Notes: generated by a model not told the origin, from the letters alone. Shown: positions 41,441 to 60,677, counted from the first letter of the stretch. The stretch: 64,000 nt of DNA from Gordius albopunctatus (GCA_964276515.1 OZ193909.1:5890001-5954000), one strand, 5' to 3'. Numbers and translations are program-made.

Positions 41441-41952
41441 CTTCAAAAAAAGCTGATCAGAAAAAAAGCGAATAAACCAATAGGAACATTTGACAATTTC
41501 GACGTATCATACAATCTAATGTAAATTTAGGAATATTTGGCAATTTCTGCTAACGAATTAAATAAAAACAATCAAAGTTTTAAAAAAAGTGCAGAATATC
41601 TAATTGAGAATTTAAACGTATTCTCCCGCAATTTAGATTAATCCATGGATTTAAGATTCTTTCGCAATTTAGATTTAACTTTCTAACGGAAGTTTTCCCA
41701 CCATTTTTGAATATCCCATTTTTATACCATTTTTGAATATCTATACTTTTTTTAGATATCTTATTAAGAAATCTAATTAGATCTTATTTTCAAAAATCCT
41801 ATTTTTGAATATCTAACCCATTTTTAGATATTCAATATTTAAATTTTATTTTCAAATTTGCTATGCGACATTACTCCTCATAAGACATCAAAGTACATTT
41901 TAGTGGCTCGATTTTTTTTATTATCTTCTTTTCTGATCAGCTTTTTTTTGAA
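41441..41952. mobile_element. MITE-like element with ~25-bp inverted termini
   Basis: TTCAAAAAAAGCTGATCAGAAAA ... TTTTCTGATCAGCTTTTTTTTGAA; TSD not resolved. Confidence 0.5.
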
Positions 41953-44900
41953 CATAAACGGTATTTTTAATTAATTTAATATTTTATTTATATAAATTTT
42001 TTTAATATTGCTAAGGGGTGGGGCCTTGGCTACGTCCTGATTTACATCATTGTACATAACTATAGGTGGGAAGACATATATATATAGGATAGGATAGATA
42101 ACATATAATAATATTTATTTTGATGGTTAATGGTCTGAATTAGTTTTGGATAAGCATATGTTTTGTTTTGTCTATATATGCTCAAGTAACAACTTTAAAA
42201 ATAAAAAGAAATTAATGACGTGTATTAAACATAATCGCATAGTTAACCACTAATTAACTGTTCTCACGATAAAAAAATGTTCAACCTTTTTCATAGCAAT
42301 TTTTACAATCATATTCGCAAATTTTACAATGCATTTCGTCTAAAATTATATTTAAAAAATTGAATGTATAAATTATGTTTCCCGGTTTTTATATTTTTGT
42401 AAGTGTCTTAAAATCTTTTGTGCAATTAACCTATAATATTTTAACCCATTTTATTAAGTTATCAAACGAAAAATGTTTCACAATTTGGCCAACCCTTGGC
42501 TACGCGCTTGGAGGGGGTGGGCAAAGGTTTGTTATGGAAGAAGAAATTATTCATTTCTATGCAATTTCTGTCTATCTGTCCTGTCATTTTCAACATTTTT
42601 ATATAAATTTGCGAATCACTATCACTTTTATTGGATTTGAGGGGTGGGGGCAGCTAGTTTGTTCAATCCAATCATGGACGAGGCCAGTATGACGAAATTT
42701 TTTTTTCCAATGCAAAAAGCCTAAAAAATTAAAAAAATTATGTTTTGCCCCCCCCCCCCTAATCCAAAACCTGTCTACGCCCATGAATTCAATATTAAAT
42801 TGGGCAACAGGTTGCCTATTCTTCCAATTTGAATGTCATCATTTTTATTTTTATTGAAATAATTAATCTTATATTCATTATTCTTATAAAAAATTAGGGA
42901 ATTGAACACTTTATGAATTATAATACCCCAATCAATAAATGGATTTATTTAAATAAATTATTATAGGACAAAGTAGCAAGAGTCTCGCTACGAAACGATA
43001 ATAGCTAGACATTAAGTAAATGTTCTATATAATAAATCTTATATTTACAAAAAAAACTCAAATTTGAGGGTTCAAATTACTTACAACTTTAAATTTTTAA
43101 CAAATTTTTTCGCTTTTACCATAAGCTCTCGATTATTATGGTTGCCTCATCTTTGCCAAAAACTATTTGGAACAGGCTTAGGTTTTTAAAGACTTCTGCA
43201 AAAAAATTCTAAAAGATAATTTTTTAAGATTAAAATGTGCAAGAATTTAACTACTAAGATAAAAGCTTCCCCTTTTCCCCATTTTTTAAGAGATTGCTAA
43301 TAAAGACGGATTTTGTACAATACATATGATTTTCTTAAGGTCGCGCTAGACCGGGGGACCTTAACTTTTGACATTTTAAAATTTTGCCCCAATAATGTTT
43401 TTAAATTTTATTATTTTGATTAAAATAATTTTAACTATCCCAATAACTTCATGTTCATGCGAAAGATCGTTCTCATTGCTAAAACGGATTAAAACTTATC
43501 TTCGTTCCACAATTGGATAAGATAGGTTATCTTCCTTAGCTTTATGGAACTTAGAACATGACTTTGTAAATGTTATTCCCCTGGTTGATATTATAAATTC
43601 GTTTGCAACATCGAGTAAAAGGCGTAATGAACTACTATTAAAAGACTAATTTTAATATTTAATGAAAAATTATATAGGCTTTTAAACTTGTTTTAGACTT
43701 TTTAACACTTTCAAAATATATTAAAATATTATTGAATTTACGAAGATTCCATCCTGGATTCAATTTAATTGTCCATCTCACATGCTTATTGTTTGACATA
43801 TCTTGCATATTTTTATGTACCACATGCACATATAAAGCCAATAGTTTTCCAAAAAATTGTTTGTACACCATTTTTTCCGCCTTCATTAGTGATATCCCAT
43901 CATAAGTTTGATAAATTAATATTAATAACCAATTCCTGAATTTTATACAATTGTTAACGCATCAAAACTTTCAAGGAATAAAAATCCTAAAAAAATTCAT
44001 TATGTTTGTCTTTGGACGCTAAATTGTTCTTTGCATCAAATTATCAAATAAAATTTTGATTCATTTAATCGTGACAGAATATTTTTAAGGTTCATTTAGC
44101 CGTTAAATTTATCAGTTCATTTCAATTCTTAGGTGATGTAAAGGGGGGGGGGGGGGGGTTGTACAAATATATCTATAATATCAGGGGCAATAACTTCTAA
44201 ATACTTATTCTTGAACGAATTTTAATGTCATAATTAATTTTTTTAAATTTTATGTTATAATTACGCCTTTTGAGCATCACCTTAAAAAAGGCTTTTAAAT
44301 GTTCTCATTGTTATCCTGATATAAATGCTGCCTAAAAATGCTGCCAATATTGCATATGTAAAATTAAAATTGTTATATATATGGCCAAGATTTTTGGGGT
44401 TGTGGCAATAATTTTTATAAAAACTTTGTTATATAGTTTTTTTAAACTATTTGCACTATTTTTTAAAATGCCAACGATTTCTTGTCAATATCCCCGTTCC
44501 ACTTTTACCCTTACAATTTATTTATACAAAACTTATTATACCATGTGAAATTTTCGATCTTGTTTCAACTACATCACTTTGTTTCATTTATGAATAAATT
44601 TTATTTATTTTATGCTCTCTAAACATGAGGGGACATATTAGTGTGATGTTAATGGAAAAAATACACAAAGTAGTAGCGGAATTTTAAGTTTGTCCAACGT
44701 TTAGGAGGGAAAATTTTTTTAATTGCATTTGACCCATGGTCGTAATTAGGTTTTGGATTCATACCACTTACTCTAAAATTAAATTTGCACCATGAAAGAA
44801 ACCCCTTGTCTACGCTATTGAACTCATCGTTAAAATTTGACTGAGGAGGAGGGGTAAATTTGTCATGTCCCCGCGACATCAAGCTAGCTGTAATCAATCT

Positions 44901-45679
44901 CGTTCTCTCTCTCTCTAGTAATTTCTTGAAACCCCGCACTGCGCTGCTAAAGCGCCAAATTTTTGGCACGGGGCAATAATAGAATTCCATCTGATTTGTT
45001 GTATTTCCATACACCGTGCCAAATTACGCTGAAGTGGAACGCGAACAAATGAACGAGAACAACGAGAACAGTGTGGATATCACGTTGAATAACAGTCAAA
45101 TCACAGTAAAAGATGGCCGAAGCGTGACTATTAAGCAGTCAACTGTATATTATTAACGAACGACAACTAACCACTAAACACGCTAGCTCTCTAATTATTA
45201 ATTGCTATGCAATTTATTTATACTAGTTGACGGCGGAAGCTTTTAATAAGGCCTGCTGCTGGAAACAGTTAAAAATGTTTATTGATCAGGTTTGCCCCAC
45301 ACATTCACTGTCTCCCTCCTCTTCACTACCCCCTTCTTCCCCTCATTCAATAATCAATCCCCTTTTCACTCTCGGTCGTTCTTTGGATGGAAGAGGGAGG
45401 AGGAGCTATCTTCAAAATTGTCATTTCAAGTTTCTCCATCACTGACTTGTCTGACATTTTTTGTTTTTGGACGCTGTTTTAATCGCCTGCCTCAAACAAT
45501 TGTAATGCTATCGTCGCCATAGGAAAATAGAATTCGTCCCAATAGGCAACTGTTAAACTATCTAATTGACCCGGCTATCCATGATATTCCAAAAATTCCC
45601 CAAATTATTTGCGCCTCATACGTAAACCAACCATAATTACTGCAGGAGGGACAAAAGAATAATTTATCTTTCCAAAGGA

Positions 45680-46028
45680 ATGTTTAATTTCTTGGTCGAC
45701 TACCTCAAGCACATACCCCTGAACTTGAATAACCCGGCGGGCAATTCGCCAATGCCCGTCCACTCACCTCCCCCCACAATATCTGAGCAAAATCGAACTG
45801 GCATCAAATCTCAAGCAATACGACCGAGTCGGAAAATAACGCTTAAACAAACGGAATCTAATAAATCACCTACTCGGCCCGACTCGGTAGACCGTTGGAT
45901 TCCGAATAATGCTAACGAGCTAGCTTTCCTACAAAGTCTCCAAGCCAACAATCCTCACCTTCATCAAGGCATAACATCTAACCCTTACTTCGTGTTGGGT
46001 AGTAGAAAAATGCAAGAACTCAAGTTGG
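45680..46028 (+). CDS. Candidate alternative PKA-C first exon (116-aa P/S/N-rich N-terminus)
   Basis: Longest non-TE ORF in the intron. Phase-1 donor G|GTAATA joins exon 2 in frame (…QELKL-V-KEFLE). Preceded by a GC-richer, promoter/UTR-like stretch (about 44900-45680) with a (CT)n tract. Confidence 0.55.
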
Positions 46029-47267
46029 GTAATATTATTACACTGCTGGAAATTGCATATGCTTAACTAAACCAAAACCTGAAATCCGGTGGGATATATT
46101 ATGTGAATTTTTAGCAGCCATTTATTTTTACGCCCAATAATAATTCCCTTAAATATAAATTTTGTTGTAGAGTTTAGTCGACTTTTCCCCCTGCCACGTC
46201 ATAAATAACCACTCGATGTGCCAAAATTTATTTTGTTGATCAGTAAATTAACATTTTTTAAAAATCAGTTTTGTTTTGCGTCTAAATTAGAAAGGTTTCA
46301 AATTGCCTCGGATTGATATACGATCTAAGTCTAGGGCCATCGCGCCGCCATAGTTTGCGCCTCTCGACTCTCTAAGGATTTGATTACATGATTTGTGTGC
46401 GTTTACTATCGATTTAAATCAATTCATCGATCTTAGTCGTCCGATATGCACAATTGATCTGGAAATTCTTCTTTTTTAATCTTAAAAGGGGGAGTGGCGG
46501 CAGGATGTTTATTTTAGATCTCCTTACGAAAATCAATTAAGTCTCTTTACATTTTAATGGCTTGCATCGTTTATTAAGCTTGTAATGCATGGGCGTAGCC
46601 AAGGGGGGGGGGGTATAAATCCAAAAAAAATTTGTGAAATTTATTATACTTATGGCTATAATTTCAAAAATGATCATTTTGCCCCTCCCTAAATCATTAT
46701 TGCCCCCTCCAATGCTGGCTTCGCCCATATTATAATGTTTATTTTAATAGGGCACACAAAACAACAACCTTGAAGCTCACTAAATTTGGTGCAACCCATA
46801 CCATATTTATAATCGTGAAAGTGTCTCCAGTCCTGATTCGATATTTAATTCAAAACCCCTTTTTAAATGACAAACCAATTTTAGTGGGGGTGAGAAAGTT
46901 TAATTTTAGAAATTTAGGATGCCATTTGCCTTATATTAATTGCTTAGTATTGATTCGCGCTAAAAAATCGCGAACCGCGACGCGCTTGCCCTAAACGCGA
47001 TTCTTCGTGTTATGGGCGTTATTTATCTTGAGTAAGAGCATTGTCATCTGCAACCTTTCTTTTACTATCTTTCATTAACTTTCGCACGTAGCTGTGAAGA
47101 AATCGATGATGAAGCCAATTCAATTAGTAATTCCGCCTCATCCCAAGGGCGAATAATCCTATATTAATTACCGTTATCATGACGCGAACCACTTAACACT
47201 TTTTTATACGATTTAATCAAGGAATCTAAAATCTCCGCTTAAAAAATTATTTATCCAAGGTGAAAAA

Positions 47268-47274
47268 ATGTCTA
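47268..47274 (+). CDS. Candidate micro first exon of PKA-C (MS-I-KEFL)
   Basis: aaaaATG TCT A|GTAAAT is a phase-1 donor of a type used by three other introns here. It follows a CpG-rich segment at about 46950-47200. Confidence 0.4.
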
Positions 47275-48490
47275 GTAAATAGGTAAGCTATTTTAGGCAT
47301 AATATAAAGCACGGGTCATACGAAATCTGTGTAATTTTAAAGTTGACCTATAACTTGAAATGTGTAGGAAATGGACTATTAACTGCTTATAAAGTATTTT
47401 TTGCGAGCTTTTAGTTAATGCTTATAAACCTATCGTGGGCGTAGGCAGTGGGTGGCAGGTAGGGGCGACTGCCCCCCCCCTCTAAGTCTAAAAATCCTTT
47501 AGGTTTTACTATAACTATGGCTAAAATTTCAAAAAGTTGTCATTTTGCCCCTCCCTAAATCATTATTGCCCCTCCCCCCCCCGTAAATTTAATCCTGGCT
47601 CCGCCCATGAAACTATTGCGTGTTATATCTTTCTTTTATATCTATCTAGTTTTAGGCGACAATTTTGATTAATTGATTTTAATTTTTTACACTTATATTA
47701 ACGGATTGATTCAGGGTTGCAAAATCGGACATTTGAAAACCAATGAGGTTTATTTCTAGTAAATTGTGACGCAATTGAAATTAAACTTCCCACGGGCATG
47801 CATAGCCATCATTGGGATTATAAAGAGGTATTTATGATTTAGGAAGGCGCAAAATGAATATTTTTTGAAATTTTAGCCATGATTTTAATTAATTTTAAGA
47901 ATGGATTTAGAGGAGGGCAGCCGCTTCTCCCTTCTACCAATATTATGGTTCGTTTAGCCCCATTGTCCGTGCGAAAACATTTTCTCATTCTAACTTCAAT
48001 TTTGGTATATTTTGGTGACTCATTTTAGAATAGGGCAAATTTTATTAGGTTATTGTTATTAATGAAATTGTAAACCCCTCTCCCCCGATATCCGACAAAT
48101 TGAACATGGTCATTCCTATTAATTGCTATGGAATTTATTATTAATTAATAATTGTACACGCTCATTCAAAGTTTTAATTTGAGATTAAAATGCTGGCCTG
48201 ACCCTATAGTAGCTATTTGCAATAGGAACGACGGTAATGACTGAGGGCGGCTCTTAAAATCCCATTTAAATTTGAGGTGGATACGCCCACATTTTAATTG
48301 CTATGCAATTTAAAAAAAATTAATATTCATTTACGATTATCAAACTTGAAAATGAAACTTTTAACGAATTTTTATAAATGTAAAACGATTATTTCGAAAA
48401 GTTCATAAATTTCCACGTCAAATAAATATAAGCCAAAATAAAGTTAAGCTTTGTCACTGGTATGTCAAAAAATATTGGTTTTTGGATGCA

Positions 48491-48515
48491 ATGCGAAATT
48501 CGATATTTTTCGCAG
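48491..48515 (+). CDS. Weak candidate alternative PKA-C first exon (MRNSIFFA-V)
   Basis: ATG followed by 8 codons and a phase-1 donor CAG|GTAAAA, 456 bp upstream of exon 2. Could be chance. Confidence 0.25.
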
Positions 48516-48971
48516 GTAAAATAATTGTCCAGCACATTGTGCGCGGACACCATATAACTTTGAAATTTATCGATTTCCTACCTTATTAAAACTTTTTACT
48601 TTTGTATTGTCATATGACAGACCGGTTAAGGCTCGATTAAAAATAAAATTTAATTTCAAAAACAAAATTATACACTTTGATTTTTTAAAAGTTTTAATCA
48701 ATATTAATTCTTGTATAATGTATTTTTGTTCGATCTAACTTTGGTATTTAAACAATTTTGAATAACATAATAAGTATGGATATTTATGTATTTTGTTGAT
48801 TGACAAAATTTTATTTATAAACTTTATTGAAATTCAATATATTCTTCCGATATCAACTATTGGACATTTTTTGAAGATTTTTAAAATTAGTTTATACGAT
48901 GGCTTGAGCATATGTGGTTATTAAAATAACCTTTTATTTACTTATATTATAATTTAATGTTGTCTTTTTAG

Positions 48972-54798
<5,827 letters not shown>

Positions 54799-55030
54799 AT
54801 TAACACTCCCTGCCCACAGATCAATTTGACGATAAAATGCATTGGGCCAAGCAAGACTATGCATGCATGCAACCATCTATCACTCGTTATCTTTGTAATA
54901 CACTACACACACACCGAAAGACTTATTCGCGTAATTAAAACCCTTGTAAATAATACGTTTGGAGTTGTTGCTAGGGTGTTATTAAAATAAATTATTCTTC
55001 TCTAATTATAAAACTTCATACTCTGCAGCG

Positions 55031-56026
55031 CAGGCGCGTAGCCAGGATTTTCTCAAGGGGCCAGAAAGATTCAAAAAAATTTTCGACACTTTTATTTTTA
55101 ATATAACAAAAATAAACTTCGCGTACAATATGACAAGGGCTTTCAACTTTTGATCACCTTGGTCCAAAGAACAGACAAAATTTACAATAAGCACCATTTT
55201 CTCGGGGAGAATAGGAGAGCCAGCTCCATTTATGAAACCAAGAGAAATTAAATTTCAGCTTTTTAGCTGTTTCATCACGAGGGAAATTGAATAAAAGTGA
55301 TGGTTGATAAATTTTATCAAATTCTGCCAACTTATCTTCATAATGTTGTATGGTGTTAACATACAAAGATATGTCATACGGCTGCTGGTTTGATGATGAT
55401 TTTATATCTAACATTAAATTATTTCAATTAAAATTTTACAAATTTTAATTAACTCTAAAAATAAACTAAAAAAGATAAGATTTTACATATACACATACCA
55501 TTTGACTTTAGAATAGTTGAGGCATTTTTATCAATATTATTGTTTAAAACAATAGGTGTGAGTGTTTCAATTGAATCTTCATCGTTGGACAAATTTAAAT
55601 CCTCTAGAAATTTTTAAAATTGGCAATGCAATGTAATCACAATAACAATTAATATATATAAGAAATCAATACTATATAAACATAAAATAAAAGCCTAAGT
55701 CACTTACTGGAAATACCAGGGTTTGGTATTTTAAGGGAGAAAAATTTTGTATAGAATTCTTCATAATTTGCAACTCTTCGCTGCAATCATACGTATACAT
55801 ACATACATACAATTTACAATCAATGGTGGAAAATTATAATGTTGGGGTGCAAGTCGAAAATTAAATTCTAAAAATTGAATGTATATATTATGTTTCCAGA
55901 CTTTTATAAGTGTCTCAAAATCTTTTATGCAACTAAACTATAATATTTTAACCCATTTAATCTAATTTTAAACAAAAATTTTTTCAAATTTTGGTCAAGG
56001 TTTCTGGCCCTTTGGCTACCCGCCTG
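55031..56026 (-). mobile_element. hAT deletion derivative retaining the N-terminal TTF-type zinc finger
   Basis: Same TIR and flanks as the 32260 element; perfect TSD CTGCAGCG; ORF FNFSWFHKWSWLSYSPRENGAYCKFC at 55154-55414. Confidence 0.93.
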
Positions 56027-56419
56027 CTGCAGCGATTGTTTACCTTTATTTTATACAAAAAAGCGTAAGATATTTTCAAGTGTATTTCTTGAATTTATAA
56101 GCGTATTAAAAATGAAATAAATAGACCAGAAAGACAAAATGAGCTCACATTTTATAAAAATCAGTTTTTCCGTTAAATTAAGGTCTAATATATTTATTAT
56201 ACATTTTTGAAAATTTTAGCCAAGATAGCAAATTAAGGTAAGGAACATTGTTTGCTTTTTTATTGTACCCGGCGGACTGGATCTGCCGAAATAAAAATTG
56301 GGTACACATTAGTCAAGTAGAGCATATAAATTGAAGATATGGCGGTTCAAACCCCCACCCTTATAACATGTTAAAAACGGGCGAATGCCTAACGAATGCA
56401 GTGATAAGTATTTAATTAA

Positions 56420-57727
56420 GCCCCTTGGACATATTCGAGATTCGATTGAATTCGAATCCACATGTTGTAAGTTTCGAATCGAATATTTTTGCTGCTAAGA
56501 TTCGAAAATCCGAATCGAATCCTTGAAAAAATCGAATTTTATTTTTTTTTAGTTTAATATAAATAGACGAGACTCAAATATTTAGCTATTTTATCTTACC
56601 GCATTTTAGTTATTTTTCCTGCTACAATTTGAAAAAGTTTAATTAAAAATTTTTTAAACTTGCATAAATTATAGAAAACGAAGATCACAATTTAATTGAA
56701 TTATGGGCTTTGATAAAAATTGCAAGACAGCCCAAAAACATTTCGCGATTTAAGGCTATATGTAAAGTATTTAATCCACCAATTAATTAAATATAGGCAA
56801 AATTTGACATGGTAGTCAGGTGGAACAGGACCTATATAATGACAGAAAAGGCTATTTTAGAAGGAAGGCATTGGATTTGGCCTTTAAAGTTGTTTTAGTA
56901 GGAATTACTATCCAACATTGAATGAGAACAACAAATTTAAAAGGTTAAATTGATACTTTTTCCTCTTACAGTGCAACTAATTTAGTATCCGGCGGGCAAA
57001 TCCCACAATGAACTTGGTATTACCGGTATATTATCAACCAGGCATAGAAGATCATGCTGTCAAGATGGCCAAACAGAAAATTTAAGATATATGACATTCA
57101 ATAAGAAGATAGTCTTATTAGCGAGTGTCGTCGATTTAAGGCTCAAAGTACATTGCATATCCTATAGAGAAATTAAAGATGACCTGGAAACTGCTATAGG
57201 AAGTCAGCCCAATTTTGTATCAACTAGCGAGGTATCAACACTGGATCGCGATCGGCTATTAATAGCAACAAGGCGAAGTCTCCATTGGAGATATTTTTGC
57301 ACAAATCACGTGTGGCCTGCAATGTTGAGCCTTTACATGGTAGAAATTAAATCAACGTCGTTTTCCAGCCATACAAAAATTTGCGAAGAATCTTCTCTCT
57401 ATATGTGGATTATTTACCCAGTGCGAAAGAATATTTTCAACCGGAACCAATTTATTGACCAAACACAAGCAATCGTTTAAGGAAGAAAGTGTTTGTAACA
57501 TAATTTACCTTAAAAATTGGCTAAAAACGGTTTTGGATTTACACATATGGCCATAGTTTTTTGTTCGCCTTTAATATTTTTATTTTCAATGTGGGTATAT
57601 TTTTAATTATATTTCAAATAAATTTTTCAAATGTATATGCTAATTAAAAAATCATAATAGCCTTTTTAATTTGTTTTTTAATAATAAAATCAACTTAATA
57701 TATTTTCGAATCGATTTCGAATCCTTA
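56420..57727 (+). mobile_element. Decayed hAT (Ac/ZBED-like) transposase remnant
   Basis: TTCGAATC subterminal repeats at both ends; degenerate motifs DMVVRWNRTY (DxxTRWNSTY-like) and ASVVDLRLK (LDPRFK-like); TIR and TSD not resolved. Confidence 0.65.
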
Positions 57728-58282
57728 AATTAAAATGTATGGCAAAAAACCTTGCATGAATTTTCAAGTGTTTGAAGATTAATGACAAACGTTATAAAAA
57801 AGGAAGACTTACACATGTGCCAGTCTCGATAGTAAGTTATAACGAAAGAATTCATAACGAAATTTACTTTAAAACATATCTGCGCTCAACTATTTCAAAT
57901 TTGTTGCTTGTGCACACACGGTAGGCATCTAAAGTTTTTTTACGTCGTTTGTTTAGATATTATACAGGAATACAAGACCTATAGGTTTTTAAAGGTTTTT
58001 AGTATAGCAAAATGAAAGAGGAAACAAAAGTTTCGATTGGTTGTAGAATTTCGACCAGTAGTTCTCTTGTCTCTCTTAATAATATTTAATGTGTCATAAT
58101 TAAAAATTACCGTTGCATAGGCATAGTTGTTTTGGTACGGTTTCTTTATATTGACACCAAGTCGTCATTGATTTAGAAAAGGCATCGGATCACAAAAGCC
58201 ACATATAAAATAAGGTGCCAAATTTATATGCACGGGTATGTAAGATGTCCTAAAGTTTTGTTAACCTTTGATCAACGGCGCC

Positions 58283-60677
58283 CCTTTTGGTGCTGCGGCC
58301 GTGTAGTTGTAGTTGCACACCCTGCAACTTTTCGCTAGGTTTGCGATACCCTGAATCAGTGTTGGCCACCATACATATTGAGCCGCCACCTGTTGCATTT
58401 GCTTAACGCTGCGTGGCTCTTGTGTAATCGTTGTAGCACCGCGTACCTTAATCTGGCTGGAATTAGGATCCGTCGTCCCATGTAGAAAATAACATCATTG
58501 GACTCGTGTAACTTCGGCAGGTACCTTTCGTAGAGGCGCATACTTAGAGCCCTGCAAAATAAATTTTTTTCTGCCCGAGCCCGGTCCGAGCCCGACATCT
58601 CTATTTTTATTTTGCCCGAGCCCGAACGACTTTTTTATTTTTGGCCCGACCCGAGTCCGACCCGATTTTTCAAATAGAAAATTTTTAAAAATCTATTTTA
58701 AATTTTTTTAAAAATTATTTTATGCAAATAAATAATGCATTAAATTGTTATTAATCGTAATTTACAACTAGAATGAGTTTAAAATAGAATTTTTATTTTC
58801 ACTCGCTACAATTTATTCAGCTAATAATTTAAAACTGGCGATCTAACTTTATAAAATATTTTTTATCCGACAGTTCCAAGTAAAAAACTTTAAAAAAAAA
58901 TTCCTTATTTAATTTCTAAAGTAATAGCTACTATGAATTTATTTAAATACTAGAAATACTAGAATAAGATTTGCAATTTAGGTCAAAATATTATAGACAG
59001 GGGGAAAAGGCTGAAGTTTGGAAGCTATATTGTGTATGGTGTACGAAGATAATTATTTAATATCATTCATATCGGGCCGGGCTCGGGCCCTAAGTCTGCC
59101 GCCTCATCAGGCCCGACCCGAGCCCGAGGACCGATTGTTGCTTTAAATTCTGCCCGACTCGGGCCTCTTCGGGCATCGGACGGCCCGTGCAGGGCTCTAC
59201 GCATAGTACCCGCGACTACTGTGCCATTCTGCGTCCCCTTTATCCATTCTTTGATATGCCGTAACATCTCTTCGCTGGAGGTGTACTGTCGTATTACGTC
59301 AAGTGAGATAAATGCGTTCGCGGTATCCTTTAGTACCTCTTCGGTAACTTGGAAAGCCTGCTGAATTATGTCGTGATTAAGCCACTTGCCCAATTCTTCC
59401 TCTACCTTCCTTCTCCACGCTAAGGGTACTCGCCGTGCTGGGATAAACACCGGTTTGATCCCGCTTTCTCCTGGGACGTCGACTTCAATGTTCCTCACCG
59501 CTTGCGGAATTGTCCCCTTCTGCACCGTCATCCACCGAACCATATCTTCGACGTGTCTATTGGTTACGAGCGGCTCTTTTGGGGCCTTCTCTTCGACAAA
59601 ATTCACTATGTAACGCTACATGACGGTTCGCGAATTCCACGATACGTCTTTTACGAACTCTTTTATCCAATTTGTTCCGAGTAAGGGCGATCCCTTTACA
59701 TCCGCCACTAACAGCGGCAGGCGCTTCCGGGTGGAACATAGATGGGCCTCGGCTGTTACGTCCCCGATAATCTTCATCTCCTTGCCGCCGAACGCATATA
59801 CGGAAGGTCTTGGGTTTGTTTGCACCGGTAAGCGCTCCTTCCACAAGTCGGCAGGCAAGATTGTAACGGTGGAGCCCGTGTCCATAAGAAAAGTTATCAA
59901 GATGTTATTAACATATAAATCAATAGTCAAAATATCTAATGCATGACCGAACCTGGTCATACTCGGGCCCGTCCTCGTCGCGTCGACCGCAAATGCCTCG
60001 TCCACTGGCTGGTGCATTGTCCTTAGGCCTTCGCCGATTGTCTACCAACCTAGGGCGATCTCCACAGCCTTGTCTTATTTGAGATCCCTCTCGGCCATCA
60101 ACGAAGCCTGCACCGTTGGGTCGTGGAGTCATAGAATCAGCTGATCGAGCATCCAGGCCGATCATTCCCCAGGATGAAAACCGCAGTCTTTTGAGGCCTG
60201 CTTGAGCCTGCGTATGAACTGCATCAGCTCCTCATCCTGTATTTATCGAATATTTCCAAAAATTATCTTTGCGCAAGAGGGCAGGACTGCCCCTTAAACA
60301 CATTCTTCGCTCTCCTGTTAGCTTCCCCGAACGTCCATTTGGTAGGGTTATCCGGATACGCGTCGTCCGCGATAACCTTAAACGCCTCCGCCGATAAAGA
60401 ACTTAGCAACCTGCACGTTTTCTGGGTATCAGATAACGTCCCTGAATGTCTCTTGATGTTGGCCTCGAATTGAATTAGAAATGTTTAAATAGAATTTCCC
60501 AATCTGAATTATTCCATGTATGTTCTAACAATTCAGGCATGGCGCCACTGTTAATGCTATATGAATTTATGATAAATCAATGGGATATAACCACGTTACA
60601 AGTATACGCGCGCAAGATAAGAACAAACGCGAGAGGAAATAATATATATGTAACGTGGTGTATCCTTTTTACTCAAC
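58283..60677 (-). mobile_element. Truncated Ty3/Gypsy LTR retrotransposon (5' LTR, PBS, gag, protease, integrase Zn-finger; RT/RNaseH deleted)
   Basis: Putative LTR TGTT..AACA at 60549-60677; PBS TGGCGCC at 60547-60541; protease FLMDTGSTVTILP; pre-RT ARRVPLAWRRKVEEEL; integrase RILIPARLRYAVLQRLHKSH..WWP..CRVC. No 3' LTR seen. Confidence 0.88.
58545..59199. mobile_element. hAT MITE nested in the Gypsy pol
   Basis: TIR TAGAGCCCTGCA / TGCAGGGCTCTA; TSD CGCATACT/CGCATAGT; truncated inverted relative at about 37600-37904. Confidence 0.9.

Noticed and set aside
40668..42039. One large CAGG..CCTG hAT element
   Set aside because: Termini resemble the family TIR but the flanking 8-mers do not match, so a single insertion is not supported.
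44649..45014. 121-aa minus-strand ORF
   Set aside because: GTG start, no recognisable domain and no splice support; probably a by-product of a GC-richer promoter region.
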